Positions 51,725 through 63,243 of a DNA stretch of 64,000 nucleotides are shown here, piece by piece. How positions within the stretch are numbered: position 1 is the stretch's first letter; the number at the start of each line of letters is the position of its first letter. A program made the translations under genes and the position numbers. The DNA is from Lytechinus pictus. Its lineage: Eukaryota. The notes below the pieces were generated by a model. The model was not told where the DNA came from and searched no databases. It was given only the letters and a program-made list of their open reading frames with translations. The stretch lies in NCBI RefSeq assembly GCF_037042905.1, contig NC_087252.1:1242001-1306000 (forward strand), given 5' to 3'.

Positions 51725-52081
51725 ACCGGGCATGGTGGCTCAGTGGTAGGGCGTCTACCTCATGAACGGGAGGTCTCGGGTTCGATCCATGGCCGTGTCA
51801 TACCAAACAATTATAAAAATGGGACCTTCTGCCCATGGACCTATCCACGGAGGATTATTCTATTGTTACTGGGGGTGATGTGACAATGCTCATCACCCCA
51901 GTAACAATATAATAATCCTCCGTGGATAGGTCCATGCTTCTGCCTTCTTCTAGCTAGACACTCAGCATTTAGATTGGAGAAGGATAATAATAACATATTA
52001 TGTTATGTAGGGCCCACTGGTAGAGCAGCTTCTTGGAGATGCTACCCTGGGTAAATAAAACGTTATTATTTATTTATTATT
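51725..52081 (+). mobile_element. Second family of tRNA-derived SINE, interrupted by a MITE
   Basis: A box TGGCTCAGTGG (51736), B box GGTTCGATCC (51779), AATAAAA and TTA-rich tail. Confidence 0.8.
51834..51936. mobile_element. 103-bp hairpin MITE, P-superfamily-like
   Basis: CATGGACCTATCCACGGAGGATTATT... with near-perfect reverse complement; perfect 8-bp TSD CTTCTGCC. Confidence 0.85.
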
Positions 52082-52459
52082 CATGCCCACTATCAATTTT
52101 CATTTCTCCGTGAGAGTATTGTTCAAATTCAATTATTCCCCGATATAAGACTGGTGATGTTGCCGAACACTGAAACTGATGTTGAGATTCGCTTATCAAA
52201 TGAAAGTTTTATCACGGTGTAAAGGCAAATTTTGATTAGAAATTTTGAGGAAAATGACGTTAAGATAAATAATTAAGAGTATTAAAATAATGTAAGATTA
52301 TAGAAAAGGAGACAATTTGAATGGAAACGGAATCAATAATCAGATGGGGGCGATAGGGGAAACAGACCTGAAAAATAAGAGGAATGTTAGGCAGTAGCAT
52401 GATCAGGAAAAAAGGAAAATTGGGCGGGAAATAATCACTTAATATTATTCAAAACTTAA

Positions 52460-53057
52460 AGGGATGTTCCGGGCTGAAAATAATAAGATTAATACAGATG
52501 AAGAAAAATCAGACTAACAAAACACTGAAAATTTGATCAAAATCGGACAAGGAATAACAAAGTTATGGCATTCTAAAGATTTGCTTTATTCCGGTGAAAC
52601 CGTTCTAGGCATGTCTTGATAAATATTCGATGAGCAAACTGATGATGTCATATCCCCATTTGTTCTTTTGTATTTTATTACATGAAATTAGGTTTATTCA
52701 GTTTTTTTCTACCAAGAATTGAAAAAAATGGATTGACAACTGACTAAGTGCATTAGATATTCATTGCTGCAGTTTTCATTTCATTATCAAGGAGACACAT
52801 TATTCACACATGTATGAAAAGATGGAATAATTATGATTTCATGTAATAACATTAGAAAAAGGAAAGTGGGGATCAGCCCCACCTGATGTATATTCATGAT
52901 GACGGGCATATAACTATTTTTCACTAAATATTGCTCAACTTTAAAATTCAATAACTTCGTTATTTATTATCCGATTTTGATGAAATTTTCACTACTTTGC
53001 TTTGTGAATTTTACTCTATTTATTTAGATTTAAATATTTTCAGTCCGGAGTACCCCT
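52460..53057. mobile_element. Non-autonomous TIR element with TTAA duplication (Kolobok-like)
   Basis: TTAA|AGGGATGTTCCGGGCTGAAAA...TTTTCAGTCCGGAGTACCCCT|TTAA; partial relative at 39240-39442. Confidence 0.75.
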
Positions 53058-53560
53058 TTAAGGGAAATTACGTTGTGAAGGGAATTAACACTAATCGATT
53101 CCATCGGAAACGTGAATAATGATCTAGGCCTATTGATGTTGCCATGGGAAAGCATTTTTGCATTTGGAATATACATGTATATGTTCCTATATTCTTCATC
53201 GTCCACTTGCAGAAGTCTGCAAGCTCAGACTCACATTTGACACTTTTATCAATTATACCATGTCTAGAGAGGAGACTAGATGCCAACTGTATGTGCCAGA
53301 GCTATACATATACTGAGTTTAGTCTCACTATTTCAGACTCTGCATCATGCGGAAAGTCTATGCCCGCAGACACGTGCAGCGCCCCACCCCTCCTCTATCT
53401 CTCTCTCTCTCTCTCTCTTCCCGCTTGTCAACGAATATAGCATATTTGCTGCCAAGAGTGCAAAAATATTAATTTAACTCCGCACTATGATCACGTGGTA
53501 CTCTATACCGACCTCGCATATGGGGTACAGGGTGTTTCTAAAAAATACACTGTAGTTTAA

Positions 53561-53938
53561 AGGTATTGTTTAATTTTGTGAGCAGCTGATTTAAAAAATT
53601 CTCAAACCAAGATGAAACATGTGTACAAGTGCATGTATTAGAACTAATAAACCCTGAAAACAACCATTATTGAGAATGAAAAGCTAAAACTACAAGGCAA
53701 ACCCAGATTTTGTAAATAGGCGTCTTATAGACGCCTAAATAGTACACATAAGTGTATGGGATGAAATTAAGATGGTGTTTTCGGTCACTTTATATTTCAA
53801 TTTTTGAAGCACTAAATAATTATTTTCGAACGCAATTTTTTCTGGGCTTCATTTTTGTAACATATCACAGACACAGGTGACAAGTGTGACCTTCTAGCTC
53901 AGATTTTTTTAAAGTCAAACCAATGTTAACCAATCACT
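53561..53938. mobile_element. Non-autonomous element with TTAA duplication
   Basis: TTAA|AGGTATTGTTTAA...TTAACCAATCACT|TTAA. Confidence 0.55.
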
Positions 53939-54942
53939 TTAAGGGTCACCTTAATCAAGACTGAATGATGTATTATTGTGAGTTCGTCGCAATAAGAAAT
54001 TAACTTGAACATTGGCAGATCCATGGGCACAGCCGGCCCACTGCATGGTGCGATCGCCGGGGTAATAAAGCATCAATACTATCACTGACTACGGAAGAAT
54101 GCAAATGTTGAAGAAACTCATTATAAAACACATTACCCTTTGTATGTACAACATCGTCATCACACTCACAAGCCTATATCTATATTCCTTTTGGATAAAA
54201 TGGCCAGACGCAATTAGATCTTGGATCCAGTCGTGTTACTTTACTCTTAGAAAAAAGATAGCTGCGAACTGGAACCCTTTTGTATATGGAACCCTCGACA
54301 AAAGGTTCCCAAAAAGTTATCGTTTTCAAAAACTTAAAAAGAATTCAAAGTGGCTGTTTAACGTAATTAGAACCATTATGGAACCTTTAAAGGTACATTT
54401 ACGGGGCAAGAATGAAACTCTTTAAGAACCCTTAATTTTTATTAGAATGTTCAAATCAATTGATTTTGTCCAATCAGCAAATTAGTTTTGGAATTGACAA
54501 GATATTTGAAATCATATATTTCTTTTATTAAGATACATCAGTAAAATACATAAAAGTTTGAAATTATAATGTAAAGCAATGATGAATCAACATGATATCA
54601 ACAATTAAATTTTAATCACAAAGATGGCAAGATGTAAACATTACGAGATCCAAGAATTTTGTCAGACAAGTTGTCCGATTTGACGAACAACGTTCCTTGA
54701 TATCCATTGGCTAAGAAGAACTGTTGGTATCAATGTTAACTGTCGGATAAAATGGAACTTGCCGGACAAAACGTCTGACTAGTCCTCTCACGAAACGCTC
54801 CCCATCATCTTGACGAATTCGAGGTCTGGTCGTGTTATCATCTCTTCGATCTGTGGTATGGATGATTGCAATACCACCAAGATGTCCAAATGAGAAGATA
54901 TCGGATCTCGCCATGTCTACATTCTTAAGAAAAGATGATCAG

Positions 54943-55099
54943 GGACCCGTTTCATAAATGACTTACAACTGTTGTAACTTTGCCATAATGGCAACTACCA
55001 TGGTACCAGGGCTCAGCAGCCAATCAGAATCAAGGTTTCCATGGTAGTTGCCATAATGGCAAAGTTACAACAGTTGCAAGTCCTTTATGAAACAAGCCA
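54943..55099. mobile_element. Hairpin MITE with central CCAATCAG
   Basis: Long arms ACAACTGTTGTAACTTTGCCATAATGGCAACTACCATGG and their reverse complement; CAG flanks. Confidence 0.8.
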
Positions 55100-55629
55100 C
55101 AGATTAAAGAATCTCAGATCTCATCATCATCATCTTGTAATCTATTCATCTTTCCTAATGGATCTTGTCAACTGATCAAATTCTTTGATGTCGTAGTTTT
55201 TACATCTTGCCATTAATTGATCATCTCTTCTAATTGACATGACGAGATCTCAGATCTAGCCATGTCACTACTTCTCCAATGTCAATGCTACAGAAGCTTA
55301 AACGAGCTATTATTATGTCCAAATATCAAGATCTGGGATATCGTCGTGTCTTTATTCTGAAGAACAGAATGATGATCAGCTGACAAGATCTCCGAACTCG
55401 TTATGCCAACGTCATGTGAAAGAGATGATAAATTACAAGATCTCGAATCTCATCATCATTTTGTTATCTATTCTGTATTAAAATGAGATCCAAGAACACA
55501 CCGTGTCTTCCTTCTGAAGAACCCAAAGAAGATCAGCAGACAAGTTCCTGGATGTCGTAATGTCTACCATTAATTTTTATCATCTTTTCTAATGGATTTA
55601 TTCACATGAGATTGCGTCATGTGATTATA

Positions 55630-56440
55630 CAGTGAGTCCGAGAAAAAAAACGAAACCGAGATTAAGCGATGATTTATCACAACTTAATCACAAATAAAAT
55701 AGAAAAATTACCTACCAATGTAAAGCTTAGAATCTCTTGTTTCATCTGATATTACTTAGTTTATTCCTCATTCACGCATGAGTGAGAAAAACAATTTGAA
55801 GAAAGAAAACCAAATACTCATTTGCCGGGGGGTATCTGAATTTCAAAAAAAAAATCACATGCCTAAAAAGTTCAATATCTGTTCTTTTATTTGATACCTT
55901 AATCACAAAAATGGTCAAGAAGTAAAATTTTGTTGTTCCCTCGAAAAAATACTTGTATTTCCATATTTTCATTAAATAAACGTGTTTTCACCGGTTTCAC
56001 ACAGAAGCTATCGCATGGTTAACAAAAGACTTCATGCATGGCTGATCGTCAACAAAACGGAGTGTCGAGTGAGTTTGAACGCTAGCCTGTAAAACCTCTT
56101 CATTTTATGAAATTCAAGCCTTATTTCAAATAACCAGAACTTTGTTATTTCTCGACCATTTTCTGTAATTGAGGTATCAAATTAAAGAGCAGATATTGAA
56201 CCTTTTAAAAATGTGGTTTTATTTTTGAAACCCAGATACAGCCCGCCAAATGACTTTTTGATATCCCCTCCTCAAATTGTTTTTGCTCACTCATGCGTGA
56301 ATGAGAAATAATCTAAGTAATTTCAGAGGAAAGAGGAGATTCTAAGCTTTATAATGGTAGGTCATTTGTCTATTGTATTTATGATTAAGTTATGATAAAT
56401 CATTGATAAATCTCGGTTTCGTTTTTTGTGGGACGCACTG
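55630..56440. mobile_element. Tc1/mariner-like non-autonomous element with long TIRs
   Basis: TA|CAGTGAGTCC...GGACGCACTG|TA; arms remain complementary for about 300 bp. Confidence 0.85.
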
Positions 56441-56767
56441 TATATCCGTATGGAAGCTTAAAAGTTCCATCTAACGTTTACTACATCACGAAGAAGAGAT
56501 AGGCTTGGATCTCGTTATATCGATTGTTTTAGAAAATTTGGTTAGATGACAATAACTCTGATCTGTCCATGTTAACATCTTGAATAGTTGATCAGATTAC
56601 AATATCTTGGATCTTAGTGCCATCTTTGTTGATTTTCAATTAATGGTCCTTCTTTTAATGGCCATCATGCTGATGGGCCAGTTATTCCCGTATATTAGGA
56701 TAAAAGTTATTCTCCCATACTCTACCATTTGCCGCCCTGTCTACAAACCGTATTAAGATTTCTGAAT

Positions 56768-57754
56768 TTAAGCAAAGGTAGATTCTGTGGAACAAAGTTT
56801 TCTCCAAACAGTTTTGGTCTTGAAATGCTTCAGGGCATTTTCACGGAATGTACGATTGTGATAGCAGTATATAATTGGATTTACAGCCGATCCGCAGAAA
56901 AACATGAACATTGTGACGTCATCAAATGGACGAGAGTACAGATGACCCTCAGTATCGAAAACCACAATTATATGAAACACACTCATTGGGATACAAGCAA
57001 GAAAAAAGGCAAGAGTGATGAAGGTAACTTTCTGTGATGCCTTAACACGAGAAGCGGTAATATCGTCTTGTGCTCTGCCGAAAGCCTGCTCCATATCGGC
57101 TATTCGACGCGCATGTCGCATAGCCGTTCGCAGAATCAGCATGTTGAGGACAAGTAAGGTTGATACCGATACGATGATCGCTGTCGTCACAAGGAAAAAC
57201 CACATTCTACTGCCAAGATCATACTGGAAAGTAGTCCCAGAGCAGTAGATTGTAGCGGTAGTTGGACTTTCTTCTAATTTGCTGACTAGGTGAAGCATAA
57301 ACCCAACGATACTTATCAACCAACCGATGAGTATCCCGATTGCGATTCGCTTCGTGGTGACGAGTGTTTGGTATCGGAGAGGTCGGTGAACGGCGATATA
57401 TCGATCACATGTTACCATAACAATATGAAATAGATTATTGCAACCAAAAAGATAGCTGAATGCTGAAAAATACCTTGAGTACATTTCAAGACATGTTATG
57501 TCAGAAAATGCAACTCTCCGATAGACTTCCAACGGGATTGCGATCAAACCGTTTAAAAAGTCTGTAGCGGCTAAACTGGAGAGAATATAATATGTAGGTG
57601 TCCTAAGACGTTCAGTTTTGAGGAAGGTTGCGATTACCAAGAAGTTCCCTACGACCGAAACACACATGATGAGAACAGCAAATGTGACGCAAACCCCGGT
57701 GTATACTGGGTGGTTAGAATGAAAACTCATTGTTGTATTGACAGGAGTCATCAT
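56768..57754 (-). CDS. Intronless rhodopsin-family (class A) GPCR, adenosine/amine-receptor-like, 328 aa
   Basis: GNxLV (TM1), SLAATD (TM2), DRY (TM3), W (TM4), CIP (TM6), NPIIY (TM7), helix-8 FRE; N-terminal NTT sequon. Confidence 0.92.
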   Translation of the reverse strand: MMTPVNTTMSFHSNHPVYTGVCVTFAVLIMCVSVVGNFLVIATFLKTERLRTPTYYILSSLAATDFLNGLIAIPLEVYRRVAFSDITCLEMYSRYFSAFSYLFGCNNLFHIVMVTCDRYIAVHRPLRYQTLVTTKRIAIGILIGWLISIVGFMLHLVSKLEESPTTATIYCSGTTFQYDLGSRMWFFLVTTAIIVSVSTLLVLNMLILRTAMRHARRIADMEQAFGRAQDDITASRVKASQKVTFITLAFFLACIPMSVFHIIVVFDTEGHLYSRPFDDVTMFMFFCGSAVNPIIYCYHNRTFRENALKHFKTKTVWRKLCSTESTFA

Positions 57755-58583
57755 TTCAATGTTGAAAATGGATCAATCCATCCGCGGGATAATTTTTAGG
57801 CTTAAATGTCAAATTCAAAATCCCTCTTAATTCACTCCTAATGAAACCATAGACAGGCTATAAAACAACCTTTTTCCATGTTTTTTCCTTTTCGCACGTA
57901 GGCCCGTTTATATGTCGTTCCTCTTTCCTTTTTTTTTTTTGAACTGGGTATCTTGCCAGATAGATCCGTGTTTCCCGAAACATCACCAAATCAACCATTG
58001 GACCTGCAGCTTTTTACGGATCACCTGCTTGGAGATGTGTATTATTAATATTACACACTTTCATCCACGCAGAAAAAAAATATTTAGGTTCTCTGTTAAT
58101 TTACCCGTAGTCATAGGCATTTTGCGGTAATGGTAGCTGTGATGCGTGACAGCCAATTACATTATTGTGAAAGGTATAAAGACGGGAAATTAATTGAAAA
58201 GCAAGGTGTGCAATCATCCGTGATCAATTTCCACTGACTACCTGGTGTAAAAGAGGTTGCTTTTGCGATTATAGCAACCCCAAAATGGCATGATCAAAAG
58301 ATGAAAGTAAAAAAATAATGTGCTGATTCTTGCATCGATATAACGTGAAGTATAAAGGGTTCCATTCCCTCATTTTGTTTCTATGCTCCATATCGCATCT
58401 CTTGTTCGGTGGTAATAGAACCAAATACTTTGGCTCCATAAAGACTGTAATCATGCCCTATATAAAAATCCTATAATAATTATATAGGATTATTTTTATA
58501 CAACGAGGTCCCAGTGTTTCGCATCCGACCGCATTTTTGGCTGCATCAATGCTTGAGCCCCTAGGAACGAACATAGCACAGTT

Positions 58584-58830
58584 AATGATGATGATGATGA
58601 TGATGATAATGTTGATAAACAGCATTTTTATAGCGCCATTTTTCTGTAAAAGAAAAAAAACATTCAAAGGCGCAGGCACCCTATATATGTCACACATTAT
58701 TCACAAAGTTGCTCGAAGAGATGGGTCTTTAATAGTTCAGATCTAAAGGTTTAAATGTTGTTATAATCATGAAGTTGGATTGGTAGAGAATTCTAAATCC
58801 AAGGAGCAACAGACGAAAAAGCTCTATATC
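58584..58830 (-). mobile_element. Decayed L2-type LINE 3' end
   Basis: Minus strand reads RAFSSVAPWI*NSLP...LKTHL, followed by GCGCTATAAAAATGC and a (CAT)n tail. Confidence 0.65.
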
Positions 58831-59013
58831 CTCTAATGCCGGGGTGATTATCATTAGATCATGATAAAGTTAAAGCTGGGAGAACTAGTTTTCGGAACTA
58901 TGATGCGGCTATATTGGGAAACATGACTTTCTCATTCTTATCATTCCTAACTTTACATGGCTCGGCGGATATTCGCCACCACTTCCAAATTCACTCTTCG
59001 TTTGACCCCATGC

Positions 59014-59977
59014 TTAATCAAAAGTAGATTCAGAAGAACAAAGTTTTCTCCAAACAGTTATGTCTTTGAAGTATCTGACTGCATTTTCACGGAACAAACG
59101 ATCACGGTAGCAGTATATAACCGGGTTCACCGCAGAGCTAAGGTAAAATATAAACGCTGCCATGTTGTCAAAAGACCATTGTCGATAACAATGGCGACAT
59201 GAACTATACTCGTGGATATGCAACAAACAAAAAACGCAAGGGTGATCGTGGTGACTATATCTTTGAAGCCTTGATACGAGAGACGCTTTCTTCTTGACGT
59301 CCTCGACTGACGGCTTGTTCCATCTGAGCGATCCTCCGAGCATGGTGCAATGCTGTACGAAGAATCAACATGTTGAGGATGACCAATGTTAGTGAGGACA
59401 AGATGATGATTATCATCAGGATGATGATCCCAATCCTATACAGGTGATCCGTTTGAGTGATAGTCCCAGCGCAGTAGTTTCCGACGAGACTTGCATCTTC
59501 ATCTTTACCAACCAGACCGATGACAAACAAGATGCTCATCAACCAGCTGAGGAGTATCCCGAAAGCGATTCGCTTCGAGGCGACCAAGGCTTCGTACCGG
59601 AGAGGTTTATGAACAGCGATGTAACGATCCAAGGTTACCATGACGATGTGAAGCAGAGAATTCCCGCCAAATAGATAGGTGAACGACGAGAGGTACCTTG
59701 AGTAGATGTAAAGACATGTCACTTCAATGAAGACAGCTCTGTTGAATGTTTCTAGTGGTATGCTGATAGCACCGTTTAAAAGGTGGACAAAAGCTAAACT
59801 AGATAAAAGATAGTAGGTAGGTCTTCGGAGGCGATCGGTTTTTAGGAAGGTGGCAACTACCAGAAAGTTTCCGACAACAGTACTGCAGATGAGAAGAATA
59901 GCCAACGTAACAATGAAAGCTGTGTAGATTGGAGAATTAGGAATCCATGGAAGGGTACATGTATTCACTGAAGCCAT
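59014..59977 (-). pseudogene. Frameshifted tandem paralog of the class A GPCR
   Basis: ATG 59977; colinear with 56768-57754; extra TA near 59256-59259 gives KASKI*; TM6 (VTTITLAFFVCCIS) lies in a second frame; deletion near 59175 shifts again before FDNMAAF...NPVIY; TM2 Asp replaced (SLAFVH). Confidence 0.85.
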
Positions 59978-60770
59978 TGTGTACACGGTTTTATTTCAAA
60001 GATTTTAACAATAAAGAAACAAAATAAATCAAGATATAATGGTTAATAGGCTGTAAAGCTATTGCCTTCTAGCTCCTGGTGATGTCATAATGAATTTTAT
60101 GAGAAATATAGAATTAGGTAGTCAACAGGATTTTGTTCCTCAAAGCTGGCTTCCTTTAGCATGTTTAGTGTATGCCACGATTGGTCCTCATGAGTATTAT
60201 ATAACAAGAAGCGCCATCGTTTACGATGTGCTTGTATATATGATGCAGAGAAAAGCCAGCGATGTCAAAGAAAATAATATATCTTCAGGAATCATGGGAA
60301 TTGTAAGAAGAAGTAACAAAATCGGATGAGTATTCGAGCTAATAATGCTATCATAGTTAGCTTTGAATGATTGATACTAGGGCAAGGTCACAAGCTCTTA
60401 AAAGGAAATCCATGCCAGGGTATTAATTAAAAAAATATATAAATTTATTTTAGCCGACCAAAATTTACTTCAAGTGTTTTACGCATTGTTGATTTTAGAT
60501 GCACGGCAGCATTAAAATACAGTTCATGGCACAATACATTAAACTAATTAGGGTTTCGAGATGACAGCGGTTGCTGCATCCGTTTTCTCTTGTCGTACAC
60601 TTTTTTTGGACGTTACATACTACGGTCGATCCCCATGATATGAATATGAGTTCGCTTTTAATTCAATTTAAGTGTTTCAAGCACTATGTCAGATGCATTG
60701 TAGCATAAATTGGTTGTGCGACCATTCATGTCCCGATACATTATACCTAATTAATTAGGGCTTCTTTATA

Positions 60771-61900
60771 GAGTACAAGGGCGTACCAAGTTTTCCATTG
60801 GAGGCAGGGGTATGTTCCTCACACTGTCAGAGTAGGTGTTTCTCAGGTGGTCTTGTAACTCCTCTCTAGTGGCCTTCAGTTCACCAGATTTCACAGGGTT
60901 GAAAAGAGCTTTGGTGAAGGCAAAATGATCTTCATAGACTTTCTGTAGTTTCTTGGCACATCCTTTCCCTTTCCTTCTAAGCGTCTTGGACAGAGCTTTC
61001 AACCTCCTTCTCTGCTCATCTCTGATGTCATCTAGAGCTTTCATTTCAATATCATTGTTATTCTTTCTTGCCTCCTTCCAACGCCGCTGCAGGGCTCGTA
61101 CACTGTGTCGTATGTCATGGATTTCTTGCTGTCTTAGCCTCGATGTAACCGTCTGTGGCTTCGTACTGGCACAACCGAAGTTGTCGACCCCGTACTGGTA
61201 TTTTGCCTCCATCATAGAAGAGAGTCTCTCTTCGGTATTTCGCTTCATAGATTCGACCAGTACTTTGTCAAGCTGGTCATCCATGGCTTCCCACATGTCT
61301 TTACTAGTTGAATTAGGCCACTTTACCTTCGGACGTTTGCTCATACTACTTGGGTTGTGGGATGTAGCGTCGGAATCGGGGGCACCGTGGTTGTCATCCT
61401 TGCCACTATTTCCATGCGCCTGACGTGACTGATCACTGCGTTGCTTAGCCCACTGCTCACTCCTTGGCTGCTCAGATGTCGCTCTCCTAGTGCAACCTAC
61501 CTTCGCCTGGTGAATTCTTAGACCCTTGGTTGTGTTGAAATTTCTATCGCATGATACACAGGCTACCGTTGGGCGCAATCGTAGTCCTGGGGCGAAGCCT
61601 AGTCCTTATATCAGTATCATCCGGCCGTGTTAGTGATTCTTCCGCTCCCCTCTCGGATCACTCTGGGAGTATTCTTAATTGTCTATCAGAAATCGTAACA
61701 ACATAGAGGGTGCCACAAAGGGCTGAGTTAGGGGCAGTAAACCCCCTCCTCCCCCGCCTGGGTTGCCGGCAAAGTCATGCAAGTCTCTCCTTGCTGTCAC
61801 CAGCCTGTTCCTGGTTCGTCACCATGGTCTATTTCTATGTGGTCACTGGGAGTCCAGTACCGCGAGATGATAAAAACACACCTTGTGCAGAGAAATGTCC
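60771..61900 (-). mobile_element. HERO-like non-LTR retrotransposon, 5' UTR and N-terminal ORF fragment (zinc finger), broken before RT
   Basis: CVSC-x12-HQAKVGC finger, KVKWP, FAFTKALF and HLRNTYSD blocks typical of the N-terminus of RLE-type ORFs; no RT follows. Confidence 0.7.
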
Positions 61901-61904
61901 TCCA

Positions 61905-62017
61905 GAACAGCTGGATCCTCAGTCGAGGTCCTCCTGCCAGCCATTTCGGCCCATTATCCTTGATGTGGCAGGAGGTGGGCCAGCAGCGTCAAGACGAGAT
62001 GCAACCTCCAGCTGCTC
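61905..62017 (-). ncRNA. Candidate hammerhead-core ribozyme with permuted, pseudoknotted helices
   Basis: GAAA (61947-61944) and CUGAGGA (61922-61916), each flanked by strands with complementary partners (11, 6, 10 and 5/6 bp) plus an extra hairpin; C at the U16.1 position suggests this copy is decayed. Confidence 0.5.
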
Positions 62018-62758
62018 GTTTGGTAAGTTGTCTTTATATTTAATCCAAAACCAGGCTGAGGACCTTGTAGCAATCTCCATTAATTCCAAAGCCAGCTTCC
62101 TTCTGTTGGTTATTCCCATCCTTGAGAGGAAGAAATGGAGAGACTTGGTCGCATATCCTCTGCAGCCGATCTCCACTGGGTAGTAGTCTACCTTCCATCC
62201 CCTCTTCTTACATTCTAAGATAAGTCCGGCATATTTTGACGTCTTGTACTCATGGGCCGTCTCAATTTTCTCCTCCCATGGTACAGTCAGTTTACAGAGG
62301 ATGACCGACTTGGATTGCTTCGACCAGACTACCATATCTGGTCGCATGTTGGTAGTCACAATCTCACTGGGAAAGGTCATCTGCTCATCCAAGTCTGAGA
62401 CCAACTGCCAATCTCTTGCTAGACAAAGGAGCCTACTTGTGTGTAGTCTAGCTTTTCTGTTGGCTCCAGTACTTGTTCCAGCCTTCACAAATGAGATCAT
62501 CGCTGGAGCATTTAGTGGTTTTGTCTGGTTTGCTTTTTCAATAGTGATCTTTAGGGCATTGCTCAGTTCTTTCAAGATCACATTGTGCCTCCATATATAC
62601 AAGTCTTCTACCAGAGACACCTAACAATTTGATAGAATGTGTCTGAGTGAACCTTTCTTTCCACATCTATGGCAATTCTCGTTCTCGGTCTTGGTCCACT
62701 TCTTCAGGTTATACGGAGAAGGAGGAACGTCGTAGGTTGCTCGTAGCAAGAATTGGAC
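61919..62758 (-). mobile_element. HERO-like non-LTR retrotransposon, C-terminal fragment (CCHC knuckle and restriction-like endonuclease), decayed
   Basis: FLLRATYDV-PSP-NL, CHRC...HILSNC*, WRHN, RPDMVVWS, (K)LTVPWEE, KY, GW...PVEIGCRGY; in-frame TAG at 62621-62623; expected acidic catalytic residue reads K. Confidence 0.85.
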
Positions 62759-63243
62759 TTATATAAGTCTAATCATCTTATTAATGTGTATGTCAGTTTA
62801 GTCAATAGAACTGAAAATCGATTAATCAACGATTAAGACATTCTATATCAATCAATATATTGACCGGTTAATCGTTTTAATAAATAAAATAATTTCAGTA
62901 ATGTGTCGGTCAATAGTTTTGTTTGTTTTATAGCGTGTTTTTATTGTCTTCTCTCAAATCAAATATACAATTACAATATAACTCCCATAAGCAAATTATA
63001 CAATCATTGAAACAGGTTTTATCACAGAATTACACAATTGTACAGCGATCATTGAGAACGAAAAATATATAATGATAAGTACATGTAACTTGTCTCTAGT
63101 ATAGACCGAAATTCATTGGAATCAGCAATGAAAAGAGAGAAAAATAAAGATAAAAAAATATTTACATTAACAATCGATCAATCAATAATGCGATGACATT
63201 ATGTTTTTTTTTTTTTTAGATTTTTACTCCTCCACATACATAA

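Noticed and set aside
61905..62017. Canonical type I/II/III hammerhead or HDV-like ribozyme
   Set aside because: The strand after CUGAGGA does not pair with the strand before GAAA, and I could not build an HDV nested double pseudoknot; reported instead as a non-canonical candidate.
60953..62624. Plus-strand ORFs of 88-157 aa
   Set aside because: Antisense shadows of the retrotransposon coding sequence.
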